Shown here piece after piece: positions 34,364-47,773 of a stretch of 64,000 bases of DNA. A program made the position numbers and the translations under genes. The stretch comes from Takakia lepidozioides. Taxonomy: Eukaryota > Plantae > Bryophyta. The stretch spans positions 73,718,001 to 73,782,000 of the forward strand of contig CM060731.1 in assembly GCA_030704615.1 (NCBI GenBank). Direction: 5' to 3'. The notes beneath the pieces were generated by a model that made no database searches, had not been told where the DNA came from, and worked only from the letters and a program-made list of their open reading frames with translations. Within the stretch, counting starts at the first letter, position 1. The number at the start of each line of letters is the position of its first letter.

Positions 34364-37329
34364 TGGGGACATCAACCTTGGATCGTGGGGGAGGAAATGC
34401 ATGTTTAGCCCGGCTTAGCTAGCTCAGGAATCCAATTGCAAAAACTTGTATTGTTTAAATTCCAGTTTGAAGCCAGATGCTTAATGTTAGCATATGCAAT
34501 GTACATGCAAAATTTGGGAGTAAACAAAAGTCATTTGGACCCAAAACCGTATTTTCTATTTTGTTATAAATGAAATGGTTTCCAAATGTTGTATGTCCTA
34601 TTTTGTTTGGAATGGTGATGCATGGTATGGTTGGCTAGTGTGTAGAATGCATGCTAAGCTTACAAAGTGGGAGAGGTAAATTGGATTAATCGTGTGTTTG
34701 TGTAGTGCCGAAATCGGGTGACTCCCACCCAAGAGGCAAGGAAACTTACACCTTCGTTGGGAGTTCACGTGCTAGTGCGCACCTGGTGCGTGCGCGTACT
34801 ATAACTGCGCTACCGAGGGGGTTGCCTTGTAGTGCGGGCTAACGCGGAAGCTACGTGCTTCCGTTCACGTATTATAATCGTGTAGCCTCGGGATGAAGTC
34901 GTAGTGCGGCTTCGGCGTGTTCCCGTACCTCAGGCCAGCATTCCAAGGCGGACCCAATTGTAGTGATTGGGGCGCACGGTTGGTTCAAGGTTATCTTCCT
35001 AGTCAAAAAGGGTTCAAGGCGAACCCTTGCTCAAGGTGATGCCAAAAACGACATCACGAGCGGTCGCAAGCAAATGTTGTTGCAGTAAGGCGATTCGATC
35101 CTCAGGGAGGATCGTTCCTTGGCCCTGAAGTGGGTCAAGAAGAGTGCACTGGGATGAGCTTGAGAGGCTCCACCCTTGGCCGGGACTTGGAGGAAGTCGG
35201 CCGAACTAGCTAGTGGAGAGTAGAGTCAAGTGGGGGTTTGGTTCTTAGCCATGGGACGCCATGGTGCGGAAACAAACTCCTTGATGTGGGACACCACAAC
35301 TTGGATGTTCGTTTCTACAAAATGGACAAGTCGATGAGGACATCGACTCCCTGTTGGTAGGGGTGTGTGTCGCGGCCCTTTGCCTTGAGGGCAGGGGGTC
35401 GGGACACGTGAGGGGCTGCCCCTGTGGTGGGGGCAGTGACAACATTAGTTGCGGGGGCTGAAGCACCCTTGAGTGCCCAAGGCACTCAAGGAGGCGGAGG
35501 CGATCACTAGGTGGAGCCCCGCACACCGGGTTGCGGTGGGGGTGGTTCCACAAGGGGTGGTGGTAGCTTAGTGGGACTTAGTGGGGGTGGCATAGGACTC
35601 ACCATGGGGGTGGAGACCTTGTGGTGGGAGTCGTGGGGAGTCTTGGGACTCATCACAATCCAATGGGACCGTGGTGGGTGGGCCAAGATTCACCGCGACT
35701 CATCACCGGGAATCGAGGGTTTTCGTGGTGGTTCGCCATAAAATGGCATGGTTGTTTGTGAAACCCCCGCGGACAGTCACAGAAGTATATATAGGGAGTA
35801 GTAACCCCGAGAACGTTGCAAGCCCGTTGGTGTCCAAAAACTAGTGAGTAAGCGTGTGAGCCGGAAAGCGACCAAGGTGTGGGGAGCTATTCCGGACTGC
35901 CATCGACCAAAGGGAATTTGCACTAGGCCCAAATTGGGAGAGGGTCTTGTGGTGGAGTAAAGGGGGACCGTTATGTCCCGGTGAGCAGCCGAAGCTCCGA
36001 GTTGGCCCAGCGGCCAGTTAGGGAGTTAGGCGTGCGCATCAAAGCGAGTAACTATGACTTGAAGGGGAGCTTACCGAAGTGAGGTGCGCGACAAGTATCG
36101 TTAGTTTAATAATGGAAGAAACCTACTAAGTTCACATGGAGACGAACCATGATTCTTCAAAAACTCAACCTATGTCTGTAGAGCAAAAAGAAGGGCTCCT
36201 GCGTATTCTTCTTGGTCACTCATGCATTGTGGTTAGTTGGATGACACAAGTGACACCGCAGCGGAAGAAAAGATATCACCTACGCCATCTAGCATGCTTT
36301 CCTAGAAACTGCAAGTATGTCTAGTTCTAGTGAGTTTCCTATCTTGTCCTATGTGTATCTCTCTACCCTACAAACTGAATTGAATGAGCATAACCAAGTG
36401 GCCAAGATCTATGCTACTTGCCATCATGATTCCAAGGGTTTTTGATCTACAATGTAGAATCTGCAAATGAATCAAACACCTATACGTTGCCGTGAGTATA
36501 CTCCTGGTATGATTAGCTATGTGTGCTCTAAGTGCCCATGATGTTTTCCCTCAAAACAATAATTTGAAGATCATATCAACAACTTGCTCTAGTTCTGGCA
36601 TAATCTGATGTGAGCATACGTCATGCTAAGTCCTTGTCTCAAATTCAAACCACGATCATCAACTAGGTGTGCTCATTTTCCATCCATCAGCGCCATTTTC
36701 ATTCCTGCTTCATCCGTGAGGTGTATTGGCTTCATCCCGACATTTTGACACGTGCAGCTCAAATCGTGCAGCACTCGTCGTTGCCCTACATGCCTCTTCT
36801 CAAGCCCATATGCGGACCAACCTTTTTTTTTTCATTTTTGCCTTGGCGTGGAGGTGGCAAAATATTTTTGGGACTGAGTGCAAAGGTACAAGTAGAATGT
36901 CCACCTAGAATTCACCTGGCTATAGGTATGCAATATATTGTGCAATATGGCGATCTGAGGGTGCAATATGGCTACATATTTATGTGCAATATGGCTACTG
37001 GCTGGAGATCGGACGGTGGAGATAGGTGCAGGTGGCGAAATTGACACCTGGTGCAATTGGGCGTCAGCCCTTGGATTTAGGGCGCCATGCTCCCCCAATC
37101 CCTGGCGAAACGGGTGGGTTCCCTAGGTGCTTTATGGCACCAGCTCACCAGGCCTTGCCCGCGTTTCGGCCATATTTTTTATTTTTGCCCTTGTTTTTTG
37201 TATAGGGGTGTCGCGGGCCCACATTTTTTGGTGCTTTTAGGCTTTTTTTTTCACCTGAAAAGGAGGGGCTGATGCGGACGGCTATCGGAGTTGTGCATCA
37301 GATTGGATTGTAGCTTGAGAAATTGTGGA

Positions 37330-37900
37330 TAAGGCACAAAGTGAGCTTTTGAATAAGTTTTCGTACATGGTTTGTCTCTATGTGAAATGGGGTTCTTTCG
37401 ACTCACTTAGAAGGAAGCGGTGAAATTTATTGAACCGTCTTACGAAGATGGCTTAGACTACAATGAGCGCGATGGATTACCGTCAACAATCATAATGTGG
37501 AAGGACCACGTCTGTGATAGAGTGATGCTGCTAATATCTCCTAGCCATTCCATAGATTGGTTAACAGCTCAAGAAACTGCGGACGAGGCATAGTTTGAGC
37601 TCCTGAACAAAAAATTTAGTGCATCGTTCATCTGTATGTGAAGTGGGGTTTCTTTCATTCCTAAACCGTGTCTCACTTTAAAGAAGATGAAGTTTATTGA
37701 ACAATCTTAGGAAGACCACTTAGACAAACTTTAATTTACTTTAGACTATGGTAAGCTTGATGAATTAGCATGCTTGGACATGGAATTGTCTATGATGCAG
37801 ATTTGACAGAATCTACGGACGGTAAAGACTCCAACCCACTTGCTTGCCGCTCAAGAAATATGGGTTAATGGCCATCAACAACATTGAGCTTATAGAGGCA
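37330..37900. repeat. Diverged tandem duplication (~260-300-bp unit x2)
   Basis: TGTGAA(A/G)TGGGGTT..CTCACTT..TTTATTGAAC..TCTTA.GAAGA..CTTAGAC at ~37381 and ~37636. Confidence 0.55.
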
Positions 37901-38289
37901 TGCTACACCGGTAGAGCAATGTGCTGCAAAGAACCAAATTCATCGATGAGCTCCGAGAATCTGTAGGAATATAATGACAAGGTAAGGTATGATTCAAAGG
38001 CAATAAATATAGGCATCACTATCCGAAGAATTGAGATCTTCAAAGTAACATCAAGCCTCAATGTACATGATGTGGAAAGAAAATACCAATATATGGTTTG
38101 CATAGACATTAGTCGCGTAGATATTTTAAGATAGTTTTGAGAATGGTCACAATTAGTAAGAGCAGTGTAGCCAAAGCCCGACCATCATAGACGTACATAC
38201 TCTTTTTCAATTGGGCACATCCTTGACGTAAAGTAAGTAGAGAATAGTTAGACTGCAAGATTCAAACCACACTGAGTTTAGTAAGGATT

Positions 38290-38670
38290 GTAACAATTCA
38301 GTTTCATGAAGAAGATTTTTCTTGTTGTGAGTACAAAAATTTAGGGTCTGGGATATCCAAAGTGTGCATGGGGCCATGAAGGTAGTTCCAAATTGAGATG
38401 ATAAGTATTCCGTTACATGTCTTGTTGATTCCGTAGTGCGTAGTATTGATGCATAAGATTTGTGCAATTTTTGTGTGTCGTCTCGGGGGAAGCATGTTGG
38501 AGGAAACATTGTGTTGATACTGTTTCCACCCATACGACACTTACAATAACAATGAGACATGCATATGTTGATAACTAACCCATTATATGATTATTAGATG
38601 TAGTTTGATCTGAGATTTCGTTTGTATATGGGTATCATATTCTGTCGCACATCTTTTGTTAGTTTTAGAT
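38290..38670 (+). repeat. Old dispersed repeat, homologous to ~53400-53790
   Basis: Shared blocks CATGGGGCCA, TAGTATTGATGCA, GAAGCATGTTGG, TTTCCACCATA, TGATAACTAAC and AGATTTCGTTTGT in the same order. Confidence 0.7.
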
Positions 38671-39667
38671 GTTTCATTTGTCATGCACCTAAGTATTGTG
38701 CCACAACATACATCGTGGTCCGATCACACTGCACACAATCTTAGAAAGCTATGACGATGAGGGAGGCCTTGAGAGACTCGACTGGAAGAAGACGAATATC
38801 ACGTGGAAATAACCTTCTCCAATTCCTAGGTGAGATTAGCTACATCATTTGGCACATAAAGCAAAATGCAGCCCCAATGCCAACAAAATACAAATATAAA
38901 TGTATATGTCATAATTAACTAGAAATAAATCATTCCAACTTAACCAACTGAAATTGGCGCGTGAGAATTTTGGTCAGGGGCTGAAGACAAGTGCTGACAT
39001 GATGCATGTGTTCTACATCATGTAATTTTTGTGGCAGGTCTGAGAAAGGAAGTGGTGGGGACTACTGGGCAGGTTGATCTCGAGCTGCTGAAGTTTGGTA
39101 AACGTAAGATTCGATTAGTCTCTTAATTCAGACTGAAGTATTGTGGATAATGTGGTTTATTGACAATGAAGATGATGTGTTAGGTGGACATGATAATGCT
39201 TAACCTTAAGCACTGTAGGTGTCTTGTGCTTCAATTAAGATGTTTATGCATAGGCTCATGCAGCGGTTGGCTCGGATGTAAACCGTGTGATGCCGTTGCA
39301 AGTCATCGGCATGTTGGGGAACTAAAACCATGATACCTCGATTACATGAACGATTAACAATTTGTTCATAAGAAAGACAATTTTCATGAATTTTGGAGAG
39401 TGTTATTTCTAAAGGTCCAAAAGTGAGATCAATGGAACGACCAATAAGGAGGCACGACACGAGGGGTTTGGAATGAGTGATCTGTGAGGGCATGTGTAGC
39501 AACGGGCATTGAAGTAGGATGTTAGAGGTGGTGGGGTGATGGGGCAAGAGAGGTAGGATGATGTGAGACGCTGGTTCTAGAAGGACGAGGGAGAAAACAC
39601 GTTGTAGAGAGCGGCTGTAGGTGTTGCACGAAACAATGACTTGGCTCGTGAAGGACGATAATACTAT

Positions 39668-40710
39668 TACGGTGAGTGGGATTGCGAGAGTGTTGAGGCT
39701 GGTGATCGACAAAAAGGTTGCTCGATGGCCCATCGCGTTCTTTATTCCGTGTAAGCCGGTAGCCTGGTATGTCCGTCATTGTCATCTGACTCCTTGTCCT
39801 GCAATTCAATAACATAATATTAGATATTTCTAAATAATATACAAGTTTCTACTCACTTCTTCTTAATGTAGTCTCGGTACACAAAGGCCAGTTGCAATCT
39901 TTTGTCAGTTATGTACTTACTCTAGACTCTAAACAAGTTCAATGTCATTTCTTGAAAGCATACAATTGATACATGTCTCTCCAGGTTAAGACGGGTAAAA
40001 CCAGAGGCCCAGTCACAATTTTTATTTTGGATGCATTTCCTCCTCCTTGTTAACTCGTCAATGGCTCAATTTTACATTTTCTTGGGGGGGGGGGGCCTTG
40101 ATCGCTCATATCCTTTTCCTGGGAGTTGATGCTCTTCATTGCTATCTTGGTCACCTGGGTCCTGGCTGGATCCTCCTTCGTCATCACCTCCCTGGTCTAA
40201 GCGAGAAAACTTACCCAAACCATTTGGAGGTTTGAATGAGCTCTTGTCACCCAAAGCTAACTTGAGGAGCTAAGCAAGGGCAGCGACGAATGGCGGACTA
40301 GCCCCATTCCACGAGATCCCCTTACTCATACATAAAACACGATCTGTTCGCTTCAGGAGAAACGTACAATCTCCCGACGACAATATCCCATAACCACTAT
40401 CCCTCAACAACATATAATAGTACGTTTGCACGACAACACGACAACGTTATGCATGTTTCTGTCCGTTGGTGTGCTATAAATGCTTTTAGCATCTTGACAA
40501 GCCTGATGCAAGCTTGGGATATGATCAGTTGTGATACTCCTTAAAAATGCTGGTTTCTTCAGCTCTACTACCACGAGACAATTTTTACCCTGTAATACCA
40601 CAACATCAGCATACGGTGAGTGGGATTGCGAGAGTGTTGAGGCTGGTGATCGACAAAAAAGTGGCGCGATGGCCCAACGCGTTCTTTATTCCGTGTAGGC
40701 CGGTAACCCG
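39668..40710 (+). repeat. Near-identical ~95-bp segment present twice (39668-39765 and 40611-40710)
   Basis: TACGGTGAGTGGGATTGCGAGAGTGTTGAGGCTGGTGATCGACAAAAA... at both sites. Confidence 0.75.
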
Positions 40711-40819
40711 CGTTCAAGTTCACTATTACGTTACGATGTGAGTGAAGGTTGTCGTCGGAAAATAAAAACAAGAGGTGTAAAAAAATGTATTAAAGTGAGT
40801 GTTATCACAATAGTATGTG

Positions 40820-43800
40820 CGTCGCGCACCTCACTTCGGTAAGCTCCCCCCCCTCAAGTCATAGTTAATCGCTTGATGTGCGCGCCTAACTCCCAACCTG
40901 GCCGTCGGGCCAACTTGGAGCTCCGGCTGCTCACCGAGGCATAACGGTCCCCCTTTGATCTCCCAAAGAACCCTCCAACGGTTTGGAACCAGCGGAATTC
41001 CCTTTGGTAGTTGGCAGTCCGGAATAGCTTCCCACTCTTTGGTCGTTTTCCGGCTCGCTCGCTTACTCACTAGTTTTTGGTCACCAACGGGCTTGCACCG
41101 TTCTCGGGGTTACTACTCCCTATATATACTTCTGTAGCTGTCCGCGGAGGTTTCACAAATAACCATGCCATTTTATGGCGAACCACCACGAACACCCTCG
41201 ACTTCCGGTGATGAGTCGCGGTGAGTCTTGGCCCACCCACCACAGCCCCTATGGACCGTGATGAGTCCCAAGACTCCCCACGACTCCCACCACGAGGTCT
41301 CCACCCCAGGGTGAGTCCTATGTCACCCCCACTAAGTCCCGCTAAGCTACCACCACCCCTTGTTGAGCCACCCCCACCGCAACCCGGTGTGCGGGGCTCC
41401 ACCTAGTGAGCGCCTCCGCCTCCTTGAGTGCTTGGGCACTCAAGGGTGCTTCAGCCCCCCATACCTATCGCTGCCACTGCCCCACCACAGGGGCAGCCCC
41501 TCTTGTGTCCTGACCCCTGCCCTCAAGGCAAAGGGCCGCGACACACACCCTACCAACAGGGAGTCGATGTCCTCATCGGCTTGTCCATTTTGTGGAAACG
41601 AACATCCAAGTTGTGGCGTCCCACATCAAGGAGTTTGTTTCCGTACCATGGCGTCCCATGGCAAAGAACCAAACCCCACACTTGACTCTACTCTCCATTA
41701 GCTAGTTCGCCCGACTTCCTCCAAGTCCCGCCCAAGGTGGAGCCTCTCAAGCTCCTCCCAGTGCACTCTTCTTGGCCTACTTCAAGGCCAAGGAACGATC
41801 CTCCCCGAGATCGAATCGCCTTACTGCAACAACATTGCTTGCGACCGCTCATGATGCCGCTTTTGGCATCACCTTGAGTAAGGGTTCACCTCGAACCCTC
41901 TTTGACTAGGAAGATAACTTTGAACCAACCGCGCGCCCCAATCACTACAATTGGGTCCGCCTTGGAATGTTGGCCTGAGGTACGGGAACACGCCGAAGCC
42001 TACGACTTCGTCCCAAGGCTACACGATTATAGTACGTGAACGGAAGCACGTAGCTTCCGCGTTAGCCCGCACTACAAAGCAACCCCCTCGGTAGCGCAGT
42101 TATAGTATGCGCACGTGCCAGGTGCGCACTAGCACGTGAACTCCTAAAGAAGGCGCAAGTTTTCTTGCCCCTTGGATGGGAGTCACCCGATTTCGGCACT
42201 GCGCAAACACACGATTAAGCCAATTTACCTCTCCCACTTTTGTAAGCTAGCATGCATTCTACACACTAGCCAACCACACCATGCATCACCATTCCAAACA
42301 AAATAGGGCGCACAACATTTGGAACCCATTTCCTTTATAACAAATTTTTGTACAATACAAGTTTTTGCAATCGGATTCCTAAGCTAGCTAAGCCGGGCTA
42401 AGCATGCATTTCCTCCCCCACGCTCCAAGGTTGATGTCCCCATCAACGCTTCTTTCGCTTTTGAGGTAGCCCTTCGAGAACTGCAACCGCCTCGGATGCG
42501 TTTCCCATTTCTGAGGCACGCACCCAAGATGCCTCCACATGATGATAGCCCTTCCATTTCACGAGATACTCCGTTTCTCGGTTCTTGAACCTCCTCGACT
42601 TAAGTACTGCCTCTACCTCATACTCAGGTTCATTTTCATGATCCAACAGCAGAGGTGACGGACACAACACTTGATGCCGATTCGGATGCGCTTCATATTT
42701 GAAGTAAGGCTTCAAAAGGGAGACGTGGAATATTGGATGCACCTTGCTGTTTGCCGGCAGCTCCAATTCATACCATCCTCATTCATAACCTTTCCCCGCA
42801 TACGGAGGTACGGACTTTGGACTCACTTCCGGAGGTAGTCGGAAATTCTTGATATTCAACCAGACCTCCTTGTCTGCCTCAAACTTCACTTCCCTCCACT
42901 TCCGATTCACCTGCCTTTCATACCGTTTCCTAGCTTTAGCAATGTTGTATTTTGCGAGCTTCAACAAACGCTCGCATTCTTCCAGTACCGCCGCTACTGC
43001 CGGTTCCTCAACGTCCTGGGCGGCCCAACTTGTCGGCACCAGAGGTGCTTTTCCATAGACCAATATGAAAGGGGAAACTCCCGTTGCGGAGTGTTCTGTG
43101 TTATTATAACAGAACTCTGCCGCGTCTAAGTGTTCCACCCAGTCTGTTTGGTCTGCCGACACGTAATTCCGCAAGATCTGCTTCACTACGGAATTCACTC
43201 TTTCTGTTTGGCCGTCGGTCGTAGGTCGGTAGGCGGTGCTCATCTTCAGCCTCGTCCCATCTTCTTCCAAAGTGCCCTCCAAAATTTACTCGTAAACTTT
43301 GGATCGCGGTCCGAGACAATATCCTTCGGGACTCCATGATGCTTTAAGACGTGGGCGAAGTAAAGTCGCCCTGTTTCCTGCGCCATTGCCGTCTCTTTGA
43401 TGGGGATGAAATGACCCATTTTACTGAACCTATCCACCACCACCATGATTGCATCGAATCTTTTTGACAGCGGCATAGCAGTCATGAAATCCATCGAGAC
43501 GCTTTCCCAAGTCCCCTCTGGAATCGGCAAGGGTTGTAACAGCCCCGCTTGCTTTTTGTACTCGCTCCGGTTTTGTTGGCATGTGGTGCATGTCTTGACA
43601 TACTCCTCTGCCTCCTCCCTCAGTTTGGGCCAGAAATACTCTTTCTTCAAGAGTGCCGCAGTGCGCTTGGCTCCGCCGTGGCCCGCAAGCGGGCTATCAT
43701 GGCATTCTCTCAAGAGGCTATCTCTGATCCCTCCCTTCGGCACGTAGAGACGCTTTTGCTTATACCGGAGTAGTCCATTTTGCAAGTGGAACTGCGATTT

Positions 43801-46800
43801 AATCCCCATCCTCAAGTCTTGCATCACGGACTTCGCCAGCTCATCCTTCCGGAAAGCCTTCCGGATCTTCCTTTGGAGCGCCGTCTCGCCCCTGTACACC
43901 AACAAGAGCTGCTGCTTTCTACTTAAAGCATCGGCCACCACGTTGTCCCGTCCCGGTTTGTATGGATATCCACGTTGAACACCGCCAAAGTATCTTGCCA
44001 CCTAAGTTGTTTTGGGGACAACTTGGGCTGTGTGGCAAAATACTTCACCGTGACATTGTCCGTGAACACCTTCACTGGGTTGGAACCAACATAGTGGCGC
44101 CAAAGCTCAAGACAGTGCACCACCGCCTTCATCTCTTTCTTGTGCGTCGGCCACCGTCGCTCCACTTCATTCAGTTTCTTACTTTTGTAAGCCACTGGAA
44201 ATCCATCTTGCATCAGTACACCCCCAATCGCGAAGTCCGACGCATCTGTATGAATCTCGAATGGACGATCGAACTCCGGGATTTTCAAGACTGGAGCTTC
44301 CGCCATCCGCTGCTTCAATTCAGCAAAAGCTTGGCCACAAAAGGTGTTCCATGCCCAGACTTTGGATTTTCACAGAAGGTCTGACAACGGCCCCGCGATC
44401 TTGGCGAAATTTCTCACATACTTCCGGTAATAGGAGGCGAGTCCTAGGAAGGATCACACTCCCGGGACCGAAGTCGGAGGCTCCCAGTCCAAGATTGCCC
44501 TCACCTTCCTATCATCCATTCTGATCCCATCCTGTGTAATCACATGCCCCAGGAACTCCACTTTTGTGACCCCGAATTCCACTTTTGTGACCCCGAATTC
44601 GCACTTTTTGGCATACAGCTTCCCTTCCCGCAATTTCTGGAACACTCTTTTGAGGTGCTCCAGGTGCTCCTCTTTGTTTTTCGAATACACCAAGATGTCG
44701 TCGATGTACACGATCACAAAGTCATCCAACCACTCCTGGAAAAGGCTGTTCATCAGCGTGCTAAAGGTCGCGGGAGCATTGGTGAGTCCAAAAGGCATCA
44801 CCAAGAACTCATATGAACCATACCTTGTCCTGCACGCGGTCTTCTCCTCATCTCCTTCCGCCACTCGAATTTGATGATAGCCGGAGCGCAGATCGATCCG
44901 GCTGAAATACTTTGCTCGTGCCAACCGATCGAAAAGGTCGTCGATCCTTGGCAAAGGGTACCGGTTTTTGATAGTCACCTTATTCAAAGCCTTGCAATCG
45001 ATACACATCCGCAGCATCCCATCCTTCTTGTCTGCGAATAACACCGGGGCTCCGTAAGGTGACTTACTCGGCCGGATATACCCCTTTGACATTAGATCTG
45101 TGAGCTGCGTCTTCAGCTCGACCAACTCTCTGTGACTCAACCGGTAGGGCGCCTTGGCAGGCGGTTCCGATCCCGGTATCACCTCAATCTTGTGGTCAAC
45201 TCCTCTTCGCGGTGGCATACCACTTGGTAAATCCTCTGGCATCACATCCTGATATTTCTCCAAAATCCCCTTGATCCAAACTGGGCTCGGCTCCCCATCG
45301 CCTTCTCCCTTCACTTCTCTAATGTAGAGCAAAAATTGGGGCTCGTGTGCCTCCTCCACGGCCCACTCCCTTGCTGACAGAAGGTTTATTCGCCCTCCCA
45401 CGGGTTTGGGCGTTTCCGACACTCATAAGACCTCGCCACCATTCCCACATGGCAGCGTGACTACTCTCTTGCGGTCATCTATGACCGCTCCAGATTTGCT
45501 CAAAAAGGTCATCCCCAAAATGAGATCTATTCCATCGATCTCGCAGATGGTAAAGTTCTCACGTCCCTCCCAACTCCCCAGTTGAAGAGGAACTTCAAAC
45601 GCCAACCTTGTCGCCAATTGCGGTTCTCCTTTGGCAGAACACACCTCAAATAGAGGCCCCCACGTCACTTGTCGTGAGTCCCAGCTTTTGTGCCGTTGCT
45701 GGTGTCATGAAGGAGTGCGACGCTCCTGTGTCCACCAACAACGACACGTTAGTTCCGGACATTATCCCATCCACGAACAATAACTGACACATAAGGCGTC
45801 AGTTTCTTGATACAACTCACAAGAAATTTGTCTATCTTGCAAGTCCTGGCAACCACCGCTTCCACCAAGCGACTGATGGTATCTTCCGACAGCTCTGTGG
45901 TCGCCCGAGTCATGTTCAATTGTCGGGGCTTCGTGCACTTCTTGGCCATGTGCCCGGGCTCCCCGCAATTGAAACACACTCCATCAAAGGTCGCCTTCTG
46001 TCCGCCGTAGGCCGCTCCACCCGCTTTTCCTTTCGAAGCACCGGGTGCCGCCTTGACTTGTGAAGGCCCTCCCTTCGATTTCCACGTGCCATTGTCGCCG
46101 CGTGGCCTATCCCACTTCTTTTCCGGTCGAAAGGAGTCGCCTTCCCGCCGGGTCTTCTTGTGGTTTAGCTCCGTACGGCCTTGTCTTTCACCCTTAGGGA
46201 CATCCGAGAAACATTCAGCCCTCTCAATTGCCTCGTTCAAAGTCTTAGGTGGCTTCTCCTCCAACTTCCGCCTGGTCCATAGGGCCAGTCCCGCCACAAA
46301 GTTGAAGACCATTTCTGGTTATGCCATGTCCGCGACTTCGAGCAACAGCACATTGAAAGCCTGGACATATCCCCGAATGTCATCTGTTTGCTTCAAACTC
46401 CTCATCTTGTCCCGGGCGAGCCAAGACGCGTTGAGGGGCACAAACTGTCTCTTCATCAATTCCTTGAACCCACTCCAGTTCAAGGTTTCCGGGCTTGGAC
46501 CTCGGTCGTGAAGGCGTTTTTGCCACCATTGTTGAGCATAGCCCCTCAAATAGGTGGGAGCCACTTCCACCCGATCCTCGTCACTCAACTTGGCCGCCCG
46601 GAAGTACTGCTCTAGCTCCAAGAGCCAAGTGTTGAGTGCCTTCCGATTTCAGACGCCCTCGAAGGTGCCGGGTTCCTTAGGCTTCACCTTAAACTTTGCC
46701 TTAGTGGAAGTGGCATTAGCCGCCTTCAACACGTCTTTCAACGTCCCGCCAAATTGCGCCAACAACCCTTCCCAAAAGGCTATCGGCATGGGAGACGTCT

Positions 46801-47773
46801 GTTGGTCGGTCGGAGCTCTCAGGGATTCCTCAAGCTCCGACTCCTCAGATTCCTCCCGCTCTTGAGCGGCCTCATTTTCAGAAACATGCATCACTTCCTC
46901 AAACGGCCGCCTCGGTGACACGTCGCCCCCATTGGGCTCACCAGGATCATCATCTTTTGAGCCGTTCCGCTTTCGCTTTGGCTTGCCCGACCCCATGATG
47001 AGACCAATTCCAAGGACGATCGCGTACTGAACTCTAAGCTCTGATACCAAGTGTCGCGCACCTCACTTCGGTAAGCCCCCCCCCCTTCAAGTCATAGTTA
47101 CTCGCTTGATGCGCGCGCCTAACTCCCAACCTGGCCGCCGGGCCAACTTGGAGCTCCGGCTGCTCACCGGGGCATAATGGTCTCCCTTTGATCTCCCAAA
47201 GAACCCTCCAACGGTTTGGAACCAGCGGAATTCCCTTTGGTAGTTGGCAGTCCGGAACAGCTCCCCACTCTTTGGTCGTTTTCCGGCTCGCTCGCTTACT
47301 CACTAGTTTTTGGTCACTAACGGGCTTGCACCGTTCTCGGGGTTACTACTCCCTATATATACTTCTGTAGCTGTCCGCGGGGGTTTCACAAACAACCATG
47401 CCATTTTATGGCGAACCACCACGAACACCCTCGACTCCCGGTGATGAGTCGCGGTGAGTCTTGGCCCACCCACCACGGCCCCTATGGACCGTGATGAATC
47501 CCAAGACTCCCCACGACTCCCACCACGAGGTCTCTGCCCCAGGGTGAGTCCTATGCCACCCCCACTAAGTCCCGCTAAGCTACCACCACCCCTTGTGGAG
47601 CCACCCCCACCGCAACCCGGTGTGCGGGGCTCCACCTAGTGAGCGCCTCCGCCTCCAAGGGTACTTTGGGCACTCAAGGGTGCTTCAGCCCCCCATACCT
47701 ATCGCTGCCACTGCCCCCACCACAGGGGCTCTTGTGTCCCGACCCCCTGCCCTCAAGGCAAAGGGCCGTGACA
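40820..47773 (-). mobile_element. Full-length Ty3/Gypsy chromovirus (Galadriel-like), copy 2, same family as copy 1
   Basis: LTRs at 47052-47773 (5') and 40820-41543 (3'); PBS revcomp GCTCTGATACCA at ~47038-47049; TSD ATGTG/ATTTG; frameshifted gag-pol at 42443-47000 with YIDD and a chromodomain. Confidence 0.96.

Larger units (their letters stand above)
29029..36093 (+). mobile_element. Full-length Ty3/Gypsy chromovirus (Galadriel-like), copy 1
   Basis: LTRs at 29029-29746 and 35368-36093; PBS TGGTATCAGAGC (tRNAMet) at 29749; PPT just before 35368; TSD AATAT/AGTAT; gag-PR-RT-RH-INT-chromodomain order. Confidence 0.96.
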
